Of a DNA stretch of 64,000 nt, positions 31,242 through 40,110 are shown piece after piece; the stretch's first letter is position 1, and each line of letters opens with the position of its first letter. The translations under genes and the position numbers were made by a program. The notes below the pieces were generated by a model. That model was not told where the DNA came from. It saw only the letters and a program-made list of their open reading frames with translations, and did not search any database. Location of the stretch: IMG/VR virus record IMGVR_UViG_3300027861_000012, positions 96,380 through 160,379 of that record. One strand, 5' to 3'. This DNA is from a virus (lineage: Duplodnaviria > Heunggongvirae > Uroviricota > Caudoviricetes).

Positions 31242-31907
31242 TTATTCCACACGCCTGATTCTTAGTCTACAACCACTGGCGGGATACCGCCATGCTAATG
31301 ATCCTGATGTACGCTGGGCGACCACAGAAATTTCGTCTTCGTTTACAACGTCCAATGAAGATCGGCCCATCACCACGGATTGCACTTCACCCGCGTGTAA
31401 TACCGTGCCACGTAAGGTTCCGGGGACGAATACCCCATTCTTTTCTAGCCACATCTCGATTCCTGATATCCCTGATCCACTGTCTGCCGCGACACTGACT
31501 TCAGCATGGATATCAATTGCCCCATCAAAATTTATGTCCACATGTGTACTGGATGGGGACAACGCCATACAACAACTCTCAATCGATGTGACATTCAGCG
31601 GACGGACTGCCATCACGCCTGTAGTATATGCGTCACTATCAGCAGTGTTATAGGCTTCAAATCGAGGTCGGGTATTGAGTCGGTCTTGAATCCAAAGTTC
31701 CAAACCTTCAACCGGAACTAGGGTCGGGGTTGTGTCATAGACTTCAAGGTCGCCATCTACCAGGGCGGTTTCGATATCGAGTGACAAGCGAATCCGATGC
31801 AGATCATCGGGCTCATCAAGATCGAGGGCCTCAGCAATGGCAAGCACGACCCCGAAATCAGGGACATCAAGAGCCGCACCGCTTGCATTTTTCAGGGTTC
31901 CGTACAT
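31242..31907 (-). CDS. Putative head-decoration protein with C1q/BclA-like C-terminal jelly roll (221 aa)
   Basis: N-terminus (MYGTLKNASG..LDVPDFGV) loosely resembles the neighbouring paralogs; C-terminus beta-rich (IDIHAEVSV, MWLEKNG, DEISVVAQR, RLRIRRV). Confidence 0.4.
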   Translation of the reverse strand: MYGTLKNASGAALDVPDFGVVLAIAEALDLDEPDDLHRIRLSLDIETALVDGDLEVYDTTPTLVPVEGLELWIQDRLNTRPRFEAYNTADSDAYTTGVMAVRPLNVTSIESCCMALSPSSTHVDINFDGAIDIHAEVSVAADSGSGISGIEMWLEKNGVFVPGTLRGTVLHAGEVQSVVMGRSSLDVVNEDEISVVAQRTSGSLAWRYPASGCRLRIRRVE

Positions 31908-32572
31908 CAGTCTTCCTCGAATTGAAACTCAACTCGTACCTTCTTGAACTTCGATTTGTCTTGTGTCCCAGTTTTGCGGTAGATCACGAGCCCATATTCA
32001 TCAGCCGTTAGAGCCAGGTTCAGTGTGACATCAATTACCCGCCTGGCGTTGGTTGGCAGGGTTACCACATCATCATGGACCAAAGTCTGTGTGCCAGCCG
32101 GATCTCTGTAAATCTGGATCACATAGGTCTGGTCCGGGTCCTTCTTGTTGACGGTAAGCGACAGTGCCTTTAAGTGGCTGGACTTCATGATCTGGAAACC
32201 AGATTCCAGGTGGCTATCGGCATCCGAGCATTTGAACCAGTGCTTGAAGTGCTTCTTCACTACTCCTTTGAAAATCGCCGTGGTCTTGTAGGTTGGTTTT
32301 CCGACTCCAGTTGCTTGTCCAGGTGGTCCGACTTCCCATTCAGTTGCGATCCAAGTTCCGACCCCACCGGCTGCGATAGATTGGCTCCCGGCATCCCGCA
32401 GTATAATGGTGCTACTGGTAAGGATAGCTATGAGTTCGCCTTCCGCTGCTTTGACCTTGTTGTAATGCACTTTGTTGGGGATTGTGACAGTATCAAAAGC
32501 AGGGATCAACCATCCAAGAGATCGGATGTTGATTTGTGCTGCTGTCAAATTTTCGATACTGCCGCGAGACAT
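31907..32572 (-). CDS. Paralog array member, type B' (221 aa), putative virion decoration
   Basis: MSRGSIENLTAAQINIRSLGWLIPAF...EWEVGPPGQ; C-terminal IYRDPAGT/DEYGLVIYRK/KSKF domain. Confidence 0.6.
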   Translation of the reverse strand: MSRGSIENLTAAQINIRSLGWLIPAFDTVTIPNKVHYNKVKAAEGELIAILTSSTIILRDAGSQSIAAGGVGTWIATEWEVGPPGQATGVGKPTYKTTAIFKGVVKKHFKHWFKCSDADSHLESGFQIMKSSHLKALSLTVNKKDPDQTYVIQIYRDPAGTQTLVHDDVVTLPTNARRVIDVTLNLALTADEYGLVIYRKTGTQDKSKFKKVRVEFQFEED

Positions 32573-33222
32573 TATTGTTCCTCAACCACAAGCAAGGCAG
32601 AACCACTGGTGAAGGTGGATTCGCCGGAACCTGTCAACCGCTCGATTGCAATTCCGTACTCACCGGCATCTAGGTCAACACCAACCAGACTATTCACCTG
32701 GAAGACACGGGTTGATCCGGCCGTGATCGTGACCTTGCCGCTCACCACGAGAGTTGGTGAGGCATCTGTTGGGTTCTCGTAGACACGGATGTCATATGTA
32801 TTCGTCGGCTCGGCGGCATCCAATGCAACATAGATTCGACGAAGTGTGGAATCCATATCAATGCCAAAACCAACCGTGGTATGTGGCACACCAGATGCGT
32901 GCGAAAGGAAGAGTGACCCCATTGATGGAACCGGCGTATCAAAGAGGGCTTCAATACGATGCCCCTTGGCAATGTTCCGGTCAACGATCCATGCCTGTTT
33001 CATCCAAACACGGAATTTGTTGACAGACATGGCTGTAGCAGTCGCGTCCTGGATTTCAATGTCACTCGCCGTGATCAGTGCTTCAAGTTCGGCTTGAGCC
33101 CGATTGAATGTCTCGAAGTCTGCATCGTCTTCGATAGTAATAGTGATGTTGCCAGTAAGCCACCACCCCATTTTCTTGATGATGACATCATAGGCTCTCA
33201 GATTTTTGACATAACCTTTCAT
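32572..33222 (-). CDS. Paralog array member, type A' (216 aa), putative virion decoration
   Basis: MKGYVKNLRAY..MGWW; VPSMGSLFLSH..GVPHTTVGF; EPTNTYDIRVYENPT; AGEYGIAIER. Confidence 0.6.
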   Translation of the reverse strand: MKGYVKNLRAYDVIIKKMGWWLTGNITITIEDDADFETFNRAQAELEALITASDIEIQDATATAMSVNKFRVWMKQAWIVDRNIAKGHRIEALFDTPVPSMGSLFLSHASGVPHTTVGFGIDMDSTLRRIYVALDAAEPTNTYDIRVYENPTDASPTLVVSGKVTITAGSTRVFQVNSLVGVDLDAGEYGIAIERLTGSGESTFTSGSALLVVEEQ

Positions 33223-33887
33223 TATGCACTTGCCTCCTCAATGACCAGGACTACACGTCCCTTGCGGAATTTCGATGAGCCGGTACCGCCCGCTGTCTTA
33301 TACAAGAACAACCCGTATTCCCCGGCTGGGAGCGAGTCACTCAGCCCGGTCACAGTGAATTGCCTACCGGCACTTGGGGTGATGGAAAGTTTCCCGCTGA
33401 TGAACACCGTAGGAGACCCTGTAGGATCTGAGTAGATGCGGAGGTCATAGGTCTCACTGTCTTCTTCCACATTGATGACGATTGACATCGACTTCAAAAT
33501 GGAGTTCTTGGAGACAATGAAGCCAACCTCTGTATGTGGTACTTCACCACCAAGGGCCACAATGCCCGATCCGCCAGTGACCCTACCCTTCAAGACGACA
33601 TCAATCGTCAGTTGGTTTACGCCCTGGCCGCTGGTGCCTGGTCCGACTTCCCATTCGTCGGCGATCCAAGTATCAATATCATCGGATGCAACAACTGCTG
33701 CTCCGGCATTTTTGAGTTCGACCGTCTCCGCAGTAATAAGGGCCTTGAGTTCCTTTTCTGCGTTCTTTACGGCCGCATATTTAATCTCGTCGGGAATGTC
33801 TACTGTAGCTAGACCTGGGATCAACCATCCCAACTTCCTGATATTGATTTGTCCAGCACCTTTGTTTTCAATCGTTCCGCGTGCCAT
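33222..33887 (-). CDS. Paralog array member, type B (221 aa), putative virion decoration
   Basis: MARGTIENKGAGQINIRKLGWLIPGL...EWEVGPGTSGQ; VPHTEVGF; YDLRIYSDPTG; AGEYGLF. Confidence 0.6.
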   Translation of the reverse strand: MARGTIENKGAGQINIRKLGWLIPGLATVDIPDEIKYAAVKNAEKELKALITAETVELKNAGAAVVASDDIDTWIADEWEVGPGTSGQGVNQLTIDVVLKGRVTGGSGIVALGGEVPHTEVGFIVSKNSILKSMSIVINVEEDSETYDLRIYSDPTGSPTVFISGKLSITPSAGRQFTVTGLSDSLPAGEYGLFLYKTAGGTGSSKFRKGRVVLVIEEASA

Positions 33888-34540
33888 TATTGCTCCTCAA
33901 GTACAAGTATTACGGTGCCGTGTATGAATGCTGACTGTCCGGTTCCGGCTGTTCTCTCGATAATGATGCCATATTCTCCTGTCCCCACCTCAACGTCCGC
34001 CAAGTCTAATACCTGAAACAGTCGTGTTGATCCGGGGGTAATTGACAACTTTCCGCCTACTGTCAGTGCTGGTGAGTTTGTTGTTGGGTTCGAGTAGATC
34101 CGGATGTCATAGGTGTTTGTTGGTTCCGCTGTGTTTAGGCTAACAAAAATCTCTTTCAACCGCGAGGCAACCGGAACTACGAATCCAGTATCCGAGTGTG
34201 GCAGCCCCAATGGGTGTGACAGGAAAAGTGTCCCCGTACCCGGAACCGGTGCTTCAAAGGTCGCATGTATCCTGTAGGTTGGAAGTGGTAGTGCTCGCTC
34301 GTCAGCCCAGTTGACTCGTATCCATTCATGCAGTTCGCTCGCCGCTAGAACTGTGTCACTGGCATCTAAAACTTGAATGTCTCCGGCAACGATTTTGTCA
34401 TACAACTCTTGTTCAGCAGATTCGATGGCTCGGAAATCGAAAGCATCATCAATCGTTGTTTCACTCAGGGCAGGCATTCTCCAGCCCAACCAACGAATTA
34501 CGATCCAATAGTTTCTGAGACTTTTGATCTTTCCCTTCAT
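33887..34540 (-). CDS. Paralog array member, type A (217 aa), putative virion decoration
   Basis: MKGKIKSLRNY..LGWR; VPGTGTLFLSH..GLPHSDTGF; EPTNTYDIRIYSNPT; GEYGIIIER. Confidence 0.6.
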   Translation of the reverse strand: MKGKIKSLRNYWIVIRWLGWRMPALSETTIDDAFDFRAIESAEQELYDKIVAGDIQVLDASDTVLAASELHEWIRVNWADERALPLPTYRIHATFEAPVPGTGTLFLSHPLGLPHSDTGFVVPVASRLKEIFVSLNTAEPTNTYDIRIYSNPTTNSPALTVGGKLSITPGSTRLFQVLDLADVEVGTGEYGIIIERTAGTGQSAFIHGTVILVLEEQ

Positions 34541-34544
34541 TGGA

Positions 34545-35114
34545 TCACCCGAATGCTATCATGCCATACCCGGACTTGAATTTCGATTTACCGCTGCCAC
34601 TGGTACGCTCAATGAATAGTCCGTATTCCCCGGCCGGTAATGCAAGATCAAGCGAAGCTATCCCGATAATCCTGGTGTTGGTTGGTAACGTGACTAAGGT
34701 GTGGACTAAGACCGGGGTTCCCGTTGGATCGGAGTAAATTCTTAACGCATATGCATTATCAGGGTCAACTTTGGAAACTACCAGGCCAGCTTGATGAATC
34801 TCTGTATCCGCAGCGATAATAAACCCGCAAACGGTGAATGGTAACAAGTTATCAGTCCCCAGTGATAATGACCCAGTACCTGGTACCGCTGTGGAAAAGG
34901 TTGCATCAATTCGTTGACGATCTTGTTCCGCTGAGGTTGTGAGACCTACTGTGACTTCACCTGTTCCAGACTCGCCGCCAGTTTCTGATAATACAACTCC
35001 TGAACCGGCGAGGAGGCGAGTGATCATCGCCTCCCCTGCGGTCAGGATATTCATATCATCTCGTGTCAGTCCTCCATCACGAACTTGATGCCCTGGAACT
35101 TGCGTTCTAGCCAT
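34545..35114 (-). CDS. Paralog array member with only the C-terminal shared domain (189 aa)
   Basis: VPGTGSLSLG..LPFTVCGF; YALRIYSDPTG; AGEYGLFIERTSGSGKSKF; different N-terminus (MARTQVPGHQVRDG). Confidence 0.6.
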   Translation of the reverse strand: MARTQVPGHQVRDGGLTRDDMNILTAGEAMITRLLAGSGVVLSETGGESGTGEVTVGLTTSAEQDRQRIDATFSTAVPGTGSLSLGTDNLLPFTVCGFIIAADTEIHQAGLVVSKVDPDNAYALRIYSDPTGTPVLVHTLVTLPTNTRIIGIASLDLALPAGEYGLFIERTSGSGKSKFKSGYGMIAFG

Positions 35115-35129
35115 ACGGTCACCTTATGA

Positions 35130-35921
35130 TCAATACTCGTAGTCCACAACAACAACGTCGTTTGCCGCAGCGGGACCGGGTGAATGCAAGTTGAACGTGA
35201 ATGTGACCACGCCAGTTGAATACACAACGGTATAATCGTTGCTTGCTCCCTCACGCTGCCGTACACCATTCAGATACACCCGTTCTGTACCCGAGGCTAC
35301 CGGAAGGTTGGACAAAGCAGCAATGGCCGCTGCACCATTGGTGACAGCAGGTTCTTCATTGTAGACATGTGTGTTACCAGAAGACACGTTGGAGAATTTG
35401 GCCCACAGCAACGTGTGTGTTGCGATTGTGGCCGCACCGGCATCGTTGGTAACCACCCAAGCGGTATCAGCATACGCTGTGCCTTCTTCAACAAGAGTTG
35501 CATAGCTGGAGGCATCGGCTCCGGTTGGCCAGTCGGCGGCTCGTGTCCATGCTCCAGAGTGGGCAATCCATACACCATTCTCTGTGGCTGTGGACTGCTG
35601 AGTGAGAAGAACTCGATCCCCATCAGCATCAACATCGATTCCGTCAATGGTGAGGGCCAAACCAGAGAGGCTGGCTTCATTTGCCACTGCGATAACCTTG
35701 ACAGATTCCTTCCAAGAATTTCCGTTGACCAAGTTGTCAACGTAAGATTTGATCGTGTAGTCATTGGCATTGACAGGTACATCACCACCGGTGATCACAG
35801 CATCGTTGCTACCATTGGAGTGATTCCAATCACTACCGGCTGTGAAGTCGGCTTCCAAACGACCGACATCAATGGTGTTAGCCTTAATCTGAGACTTCCC
35901 GCGAATCATCGTAACAGCCAT
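35130..35921 (-). CDS. Virion fibre/collar-like structural protein (263 aa)
   Basis: KSYVD..VNGNSWKESVKV...LSGL..TIDG...GDRVLLTQQ..ATENGVW...GAWTRAAD, a common phage fibre-base motif, plus C-terminal VYLNGVRQ..NDYTV module. Confidence 0.6.
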   Translation of the reverse strand: MAVTMIRGKSQIKANTIDVGRLEADFTAGSDWNHSNGSNDAVITGGDVPVNANDYTIKSYVDNLVNGNSWKESVKVIAVANEASLSGLALTIDGIDVDADGDRVLLTQQSTATENGVWIAHSGAWTRAADWPTGADASSYATLVEEGTAYADTAWVVTNDAGAATIATHTLLWAKFSNVSSGNTHVYNEEPAVTNGAAAIAALSNLPVASGTERVYLNGVRQREGASNDYTVVYSTGVVTFTFNLHSPGPAAANDVVVVDYEY

Positions 35922-35933
35922 GTTGCATCTCCT

Positions 35934-36476
35934 TTACACTACTCTGAGGTATTTGACAGTAATCTTGTCGTCCAATTCAAAGATCCAACTCGCGTGGAAC
36001 ACTATTGTGGACCCAACAATAATGTAGTCTTCCGTGCTTCCTCTTGTGTGTTGGTTACCATTCACCAACACGATTTCCGATCCTTCAATCGGTGGCCCGT
36101 GTTCCAGGGTTACCGACTTTGATGAGATTATCCCGGCATCCGCGTAGAAAATCTCCTCGACTCGTGCAAATAGTTGCTGCCCGCCTGCTGCGGTGGAGTC
36201 TGTGGTAAAGTTCAAGGTTGATGTTGATTCGTGGCTGAGAATTTTCTGACTGAGGGCTGCGTCGGATAATCCCAGTGTGTTTTGTGCATCAAGCGATATG
36301 ATGTCTGAGAGTCTGTGATCCAATGCGAGGGTGCTGTTGGCCGAGCGCATAAGAAAAGCCACCCTGGACACATTGTGTTCTAAATCCAGGTAGCTCAGCG
36401 GATCTATGTCTGGTCCGGCCGTTGCGGGCTGTATACCACGAAACCGAACGGTAGCCATCATTGAGGTTGTTTGCAT
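35934..36476 (-). CDS. Structural protein with short stalk-repeat segment and VNG-Q..DY module (180 aa)
   Basis: RSANSTLALDH/LDAQNTLGLSD/SHESTSTLNFT resemble the giant-fibre repeat; C-terminus IVLVNGNQHTRGSTEDYIIVG. Confidence 0.55.
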   Translation of the reverse strand: MQTTSMMATVRFRGIQPATAGPDIDPLSYLDLEHNVSRVAFLMRSANSTLALDHRLSDIISLDAQNTLGLSDAALSQKILSHESTSTLNFTTDSTAAGGQQLFARVEEIFYADAGIISSKSVTLEHGPPIEGSEIVLVNGNQHTRGSTEDYIIVGSTIVFHASWIFELDDKITVKYLRVV

Positions 36477-36482
36477 ATACCA

Positions 36483-36761
36483 TCATCGGTAAAAAGAGAC
36501 GTTGATTTCTGCGCCATTTCCTACCTCGATAAACTTGATTTTGGTCACATCACCTGTGTACCAAAAATCTCGGCCTGCTTCGAGTAGCATCCCGATTGTG
36601 TCTGTAGGATCAACTCCATCATCTCGCCACCGCACCGCTTTTTGAGCCGCTTGAATCAAAGCAATACGACCACCCTGCGAATTCAGACCCTGAACGGTGT
36701 CTAAACCAGTGAGTTGCTGATAACCAGTGGGTTGGATATTGCCATCGGTAACTAGAGTCAT
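36483..36761 (-). CDS. Small conserved phage structural protein, putative capsid decoration (92 aa)
   Basis: GYQQLT...AVRWRDDG.DPT..IGM.L.AG...Y.GD..KIKFIE pattern recurrent in phages; directly after MCP. Confidence 0.55.
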   Translation of the reverse strand: MTLVTDGNIQPTGYQQLTGLDTVQGLNSQGGRIALIQAAQKAVRWRDDGVDPTDTIGMLLEAGRDFWYTGDVTKIKFIEVGNGAEINVSFYR

Positions 36762-36775
36762 GATATGATCTCGCT

Positions 36776-36816
36776 AAGAAAAGAAACGCCTCTCGGCGGC
36801 ACAGTGCCGCCGAGAG
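36776..36816 (-). terminator. Intrinsic terminator after major capsid gene
   Basis: Perfect 13-bp inverted repeat CTCTCGGCGGCAC/GTGCCGCCGAGAG (36790-36816) followed on the minus strand by GCGTTTCTTTTCTT. Confidence 0.8.
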
Positions 36817-36834
36817 ACGAGATTGACAATGGGA

Positions 36835-38208
36835 TCAGCCCAAGACCACGCAAGCGAGGTCCTCATCCAGCATAGCGACACCACACAGCATGTCCAGGGT
36901 CACGATTGTGCCCTGAGCATTGATGTCGTACTGCATCGAGACACGCATGGCAACGTCATTGTAGACGCCAACCTGCGAACGAACACCCGTGTCGGCCGGT
37001 GGCAACGCCAGCGGACGAGAAACGAGAGCCAGCGAATCCCGATGGAACGCCAGGTTCATAGAACCAGCCGGGCCAGGATAGGCTTCAGCATCGTTGACGA
37101 GAGCGACTTCGAGGGGACGATCAAGCAGGAGGTCACCACCATCGGCTTCGATGATCGTGTACACTCGGCGGCTTGCGCCTGAACCGAACGCGATCAACTG
37201 GCCAACCTGTGGGGCATTCGTGTAGCCATCCACGTTGACTTCCTTGGCCCAATCAACGGCAAAACCGCCATTGACTGCACACTTCTTGTACGCCCGAACC
37301 ACACTGGCTGCGGCAACCGCATTGGCCAGGGGTGCGCTGAGTGTCACGGCAGTCGTGTCACCTGTGGCGACTGTTGCGGCAGTAGCGTAGGTCGGTTGAC
37401 CATCGTCTTCCATCACAACATACTCACCAGCACTGACACCATGACCGACGATGCTCACAGCTTGAGAAGCAGCCACACCAGCCGCAGCGGCGTTGGTGAC
37501 TGTACCTTCGGCAACGTCAGAGTTGACGTTCAGAATGCCGGGGGTGTTCTGGTCCATGTAGGTATCGAAACCAAGGACCCGACCCAGGCTCGCGTCACGC
37601 AGGGCAGTACCCTGGTCACCACGCTTCTCGGCCGAAATGAAGAGGTCGTTCTTCAACATCTGGGTTTCCGCTTGCGGGCTCAACACGAGGTTACGGCCGT
37701 TCGGATACGCCTTGTTGATGTTCATCTTTTCGCGGGCTTCCAAGAGCACGTCCTTGGCGTTGGACGAATGGAGACCGTTGAGCTTGCCAACAGCATTCGG
37801 CAGGAACTGGTGAACGCGACCCAGGAGGCAGCGATCCACAGATCGGGCAATCCCCTGCATACCGGGCAGGAGGTAGATCTCGATCAGATCCTGGAAGGAC
37901 TTGCTGGCTTCGCCGTCCTTGATGGTGAACGAAATGTAGAAGTGCTGGTCCAGCGGAACCCGCACGTTCGTGGCGCTCGCGTCCTGGAGCGTGATGTTAT
38001 CCTGGTCAGTCTTTCTCTTCGACCGGAATGTACCGGGCCGACGAGTATTGACCACATCACCGTATTCGGCCACAATGGGCTCGAAGTCACGGTGGACGAG
38101 ACGGGACATGACCATGTTCTCTTCGAGAATGGCCAGACCTTCCATTGCCCACATCTCGGGGATGAGGGCATTGTTGTCGTTAGCGTAGCAAACTTTGAAA
38201 GGATTCAT
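36835..38208 (-). CDS. Major capsid protein, P22 coat-protein type (457 aa)
   Basis: LIPEMWA.E.L.ILEENMV..RLVHRDF, GDVVNTRRP, V.LDQH...SFTI.D, NLAFHRDSLALVSRPL, MRV...YD, LD.LCGVA.L; SD GGAG; preceded by scaffold, no prohead protease nearby. Confidence 0.9.
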   Translation of the reverse strand: MNPFKVCYANDNNALIPEMWAMEGLAILEENMVMSRLVHRDFEPIVAEYGDVVNTRRPGTFRSKRKTDQDNITLQDASATNVRVPLDQHFYISFTIKDGEASKSFQDLIEIYLLPGMQGIARSVDRCLLGRVHQFLPNAVGKLNGLHSSNAKDVLLEAREKMNINKAYPNGRNLVLSPQAETQMLKNDLFISAEKRGDQGTALRDASLGRVLGFDTYMDQNTPGILNVNSDVAEGTVTNAAAAGVAASQAVSIVGHGVSAGEYVVMEDDGQPTYATAATVATGDTTAVTLSAPLANAVAAASVVRAYKKCAVNGGFAVDWAKEVNVDGYTNAPQVGQLIAFGSGASRRVYTIIEADGGDLLLDRPLEVALVNDAEAYPGPAGSMNLAFHRDSLALVSRPLALPPADTGVRSQVGVYNDVAMRVSMQYDINAQGTIVTLDMLCGVAMLDEDLACVVLG

Positions 38209-38287
38209 TTGGTTTTCTCCGTATGGGAGTTAAGGTTACAAAAACGTGTGTTTGTTTCGACACGTACTTAGGAACCCCCGACTAGAA

Positions 38288-39289
38288 TTATCGGCCTTTC
38301 AATCCAAGAGCTTCGGGGTTTTCTCTTCGGATCTTATTGTACTGATCCTGCGTCAAATTGGATGGATCAATCCGGCCACCTTCGCCTGGTGTGACGCCAC
38401 CAGTAGCGGAGTTCCCTCCGATGCCTGAAACAACATTGGCTTTGAAGAGGTTACCAAATTGGTCAGGCAGCGCTTTCATCCGCTTGACCGCCTCCTCGGG
38501 GGTTCTCTGAGTCATGATGTGCTTTCCAGTTGTCTCATCGACATCCGGGAAGTCAATCACTGGTACAAGCTTGCCAGTAGAATGGCCAGCGTCATCAACC
38601 TCGTCTGCGATCTTCGTCATTGGAGTCAGAAGAGTCACAACTTGTGCGGGGTTGAAGGCATCTGCCATCACGGCAGCATCTTGCAATGCTCGATCTCGGA
38701 GGGTCGTCTTGAAACGATCCTCCCACTCTGTGGCCCTGGACGTGAGCTTTTCCATATCGCTCTGGTACAGGGTTTCCAATTGCTTCTTTTCGTAAGCAAG
38801 CTGTTGTTCCTTGGAACGAAACTGCTTTTGCAAGTCTTCCAATTGGGTTTGGAGTTTGTCACGCTGTTCTTGGCCCAGATTCTGGTCCTGCAAGGCTTCC
38901 TTGTATGCCTCTTCCAGCCCTTCGTACTTCTGCTGATGCTTACGGCGATCATCCGCAAGGAACCGATTCAATTGGTCCTGTGTGAACTTGCCATCGACAG
39001 TCGGTTCGTCCAGTTTGGCTTGCTCTGCCGCAATCTTTGCTCTGGTGGCAGCCTCAGCCAGCCTTCGATCCACTTCTTTGTCCTTGGCTGCCAATTTGTC
39101 GGCAACAATCTTCTCCGCAGCTTCAGAAATCTCTTTCTGCCGCCTTGCTTCAAGCAATGCGATAGCTGATGAGTCATCATCGCCAACTTCTGGGTTCAGC
39201 ATAGTTGGGACGGTGGGCAACTGTGGTTCAGTTTCACCATCGTAACAAACAGACACGGGCATGGAACGAATTGTCAGGTTAGTGTACAT
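38288..39289 (-). CDS. Capsid scaffolding protein (333 aa)
   Basis: Coiled-coil, K/E/Q-rich, FTQDQLN motif, C-terminal G-rich linker and LTQDQYNKIR; immediately upstream of MCP. Confidence 0.8.
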   Translation of the reverse strand: MYTNLTIRSMPVSVCYDGETEPQLPTVPTMLNPEVGDDDSSAIALLEARRQKEISEAAEKIVADKLAAKDKEVDRRLAEAATRAKIAAEQAKLDEPTVDGKFTQDQLNRFLADDRRKHQQKYEGLEEAYKEALQDQNLGQEQRDKLQTQLEDLQKQFRSKEQQLAYEKKQLETLYQSDMEKLTSRATEWEDRFKTTLRDRALQDAAVMADAFNPAQVVTLLTPMTKIADEVDDAGHSTGKLVPVIDFPDVDETTGKHIMTQRTPEEAVKRMKALPDQFGNLFKANVVSGIGGNSATGGVTPGEGGRIDPSNLTQDQYNKIRRENPEALGLKGR

Positions 39290-39302
39290 GTGACACCTCC
39301 GG

Positions 39303-39815
39303 TTACGAAACCCTACTCATCTTAATTGCGTCACTATCCCGTAAGAGCGGCTTGAGAAGTCGCCATGCAGTCGCGCTCGGCACACCGTTCATCAAGTGTT
39401 CAATCGAGATATTGGCACGGTTGTAGGTCGTCCGTACCGACGCATACCCTTGGCTTACAATTCCAAGGTTTTCCAATTCTGCATCAGGGTCCACGCCGTC
39501 AAGAAGTGCGTGCGCGATCTCGTAACAAGCTTGCTTGATTTCAACAAGCACTTCAGTATCAGTGTCACGAGGGAACTCTAATGCTTGTGCGGCCTCTGCT
39601 GCCCGGATTTGCGTTGGTGTTGCATCCGGGTTGTTTTCCAGCAGTTCATAGACCGAACGTTTACACCCATCAAAATTCAGGGTGTCAATGATTCGTGTAG
39701 CTTGCAGCAACGCCTTCGGTCTGTCCGAAGCCCTAGCAGTAGACCAGGCCCGCTCATGAAGACGTTCTTCAAAATAGGCTTGTGCTTCAATAACTGTGGC
39801 GTATGCTGTGCTCAT
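39303..39815 (-). CDS. Head-tail adaptor (DnaT-like domain type), 170 aa
   Basis: YATVIEAQAYF..R....W, KALLQATRIID, QALEFPR, EIKQACYEIA. Confidence 0.65.
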   Translation of the reverse strand: MSTAYATVIEAQAYFEERLHERAWSTARASDRPKALLQATRIIDTLNFDGCKRSVYELLENNPDATPTQIRAAEAAQALEFPRDTDTEVLVEIKQACYEIAHALLDGVDPDAELENLGIVSQGYASVRTTYNRANISIEHLMNGVPSATAWRLLKPLLRDSDAIKMSRVS

Positions 39816-39825
39816 GGCTTACTCC

Positions 39826-40107
39826 TTATTGAGCGATCCAGGAGTATTTCTGGGACGCGGCGCTGGCAATCACATAGATTGCCCCCGGTCTGTCAAATTC
39901 CAGTTCCAGTTCTTGTGTTGCAGACAACTCAAAACCAGTACCGGCAGTGACTCCGATCCTACCGATATAGATTTGGCCAGCATTACCCGCAGCGGCTCTA
40001 ATCTTGATACAACGCTGCACTGCCATGCCGAGTTCGGGGAGAGCAACTTGGGCCGCCACCCCTACTGTCCCCTGCCCTGTGCGAAATGAGTTTACTGGTT
40101 TCTTCAT
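39826..40107 (-). CDS. Hypothetical structural protein (93 aa)
   Basis: Tightly coupled, SD AGGAG; beta-rich (IKIRAAAGNAGQIYIG, GFELSA, AIYVIAS). Confidence 0.55.
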   Translation of the reverse strand: MKKPVNSFRTGQGTVGVAAQVALPELGMAVQRCIKIRAAAGNAGQIYIGRIGVTAGTGFELSATQELELEFDRPGAIYVIASAASQKYSWIAQ

Positions 40108-40110
40108 GGG

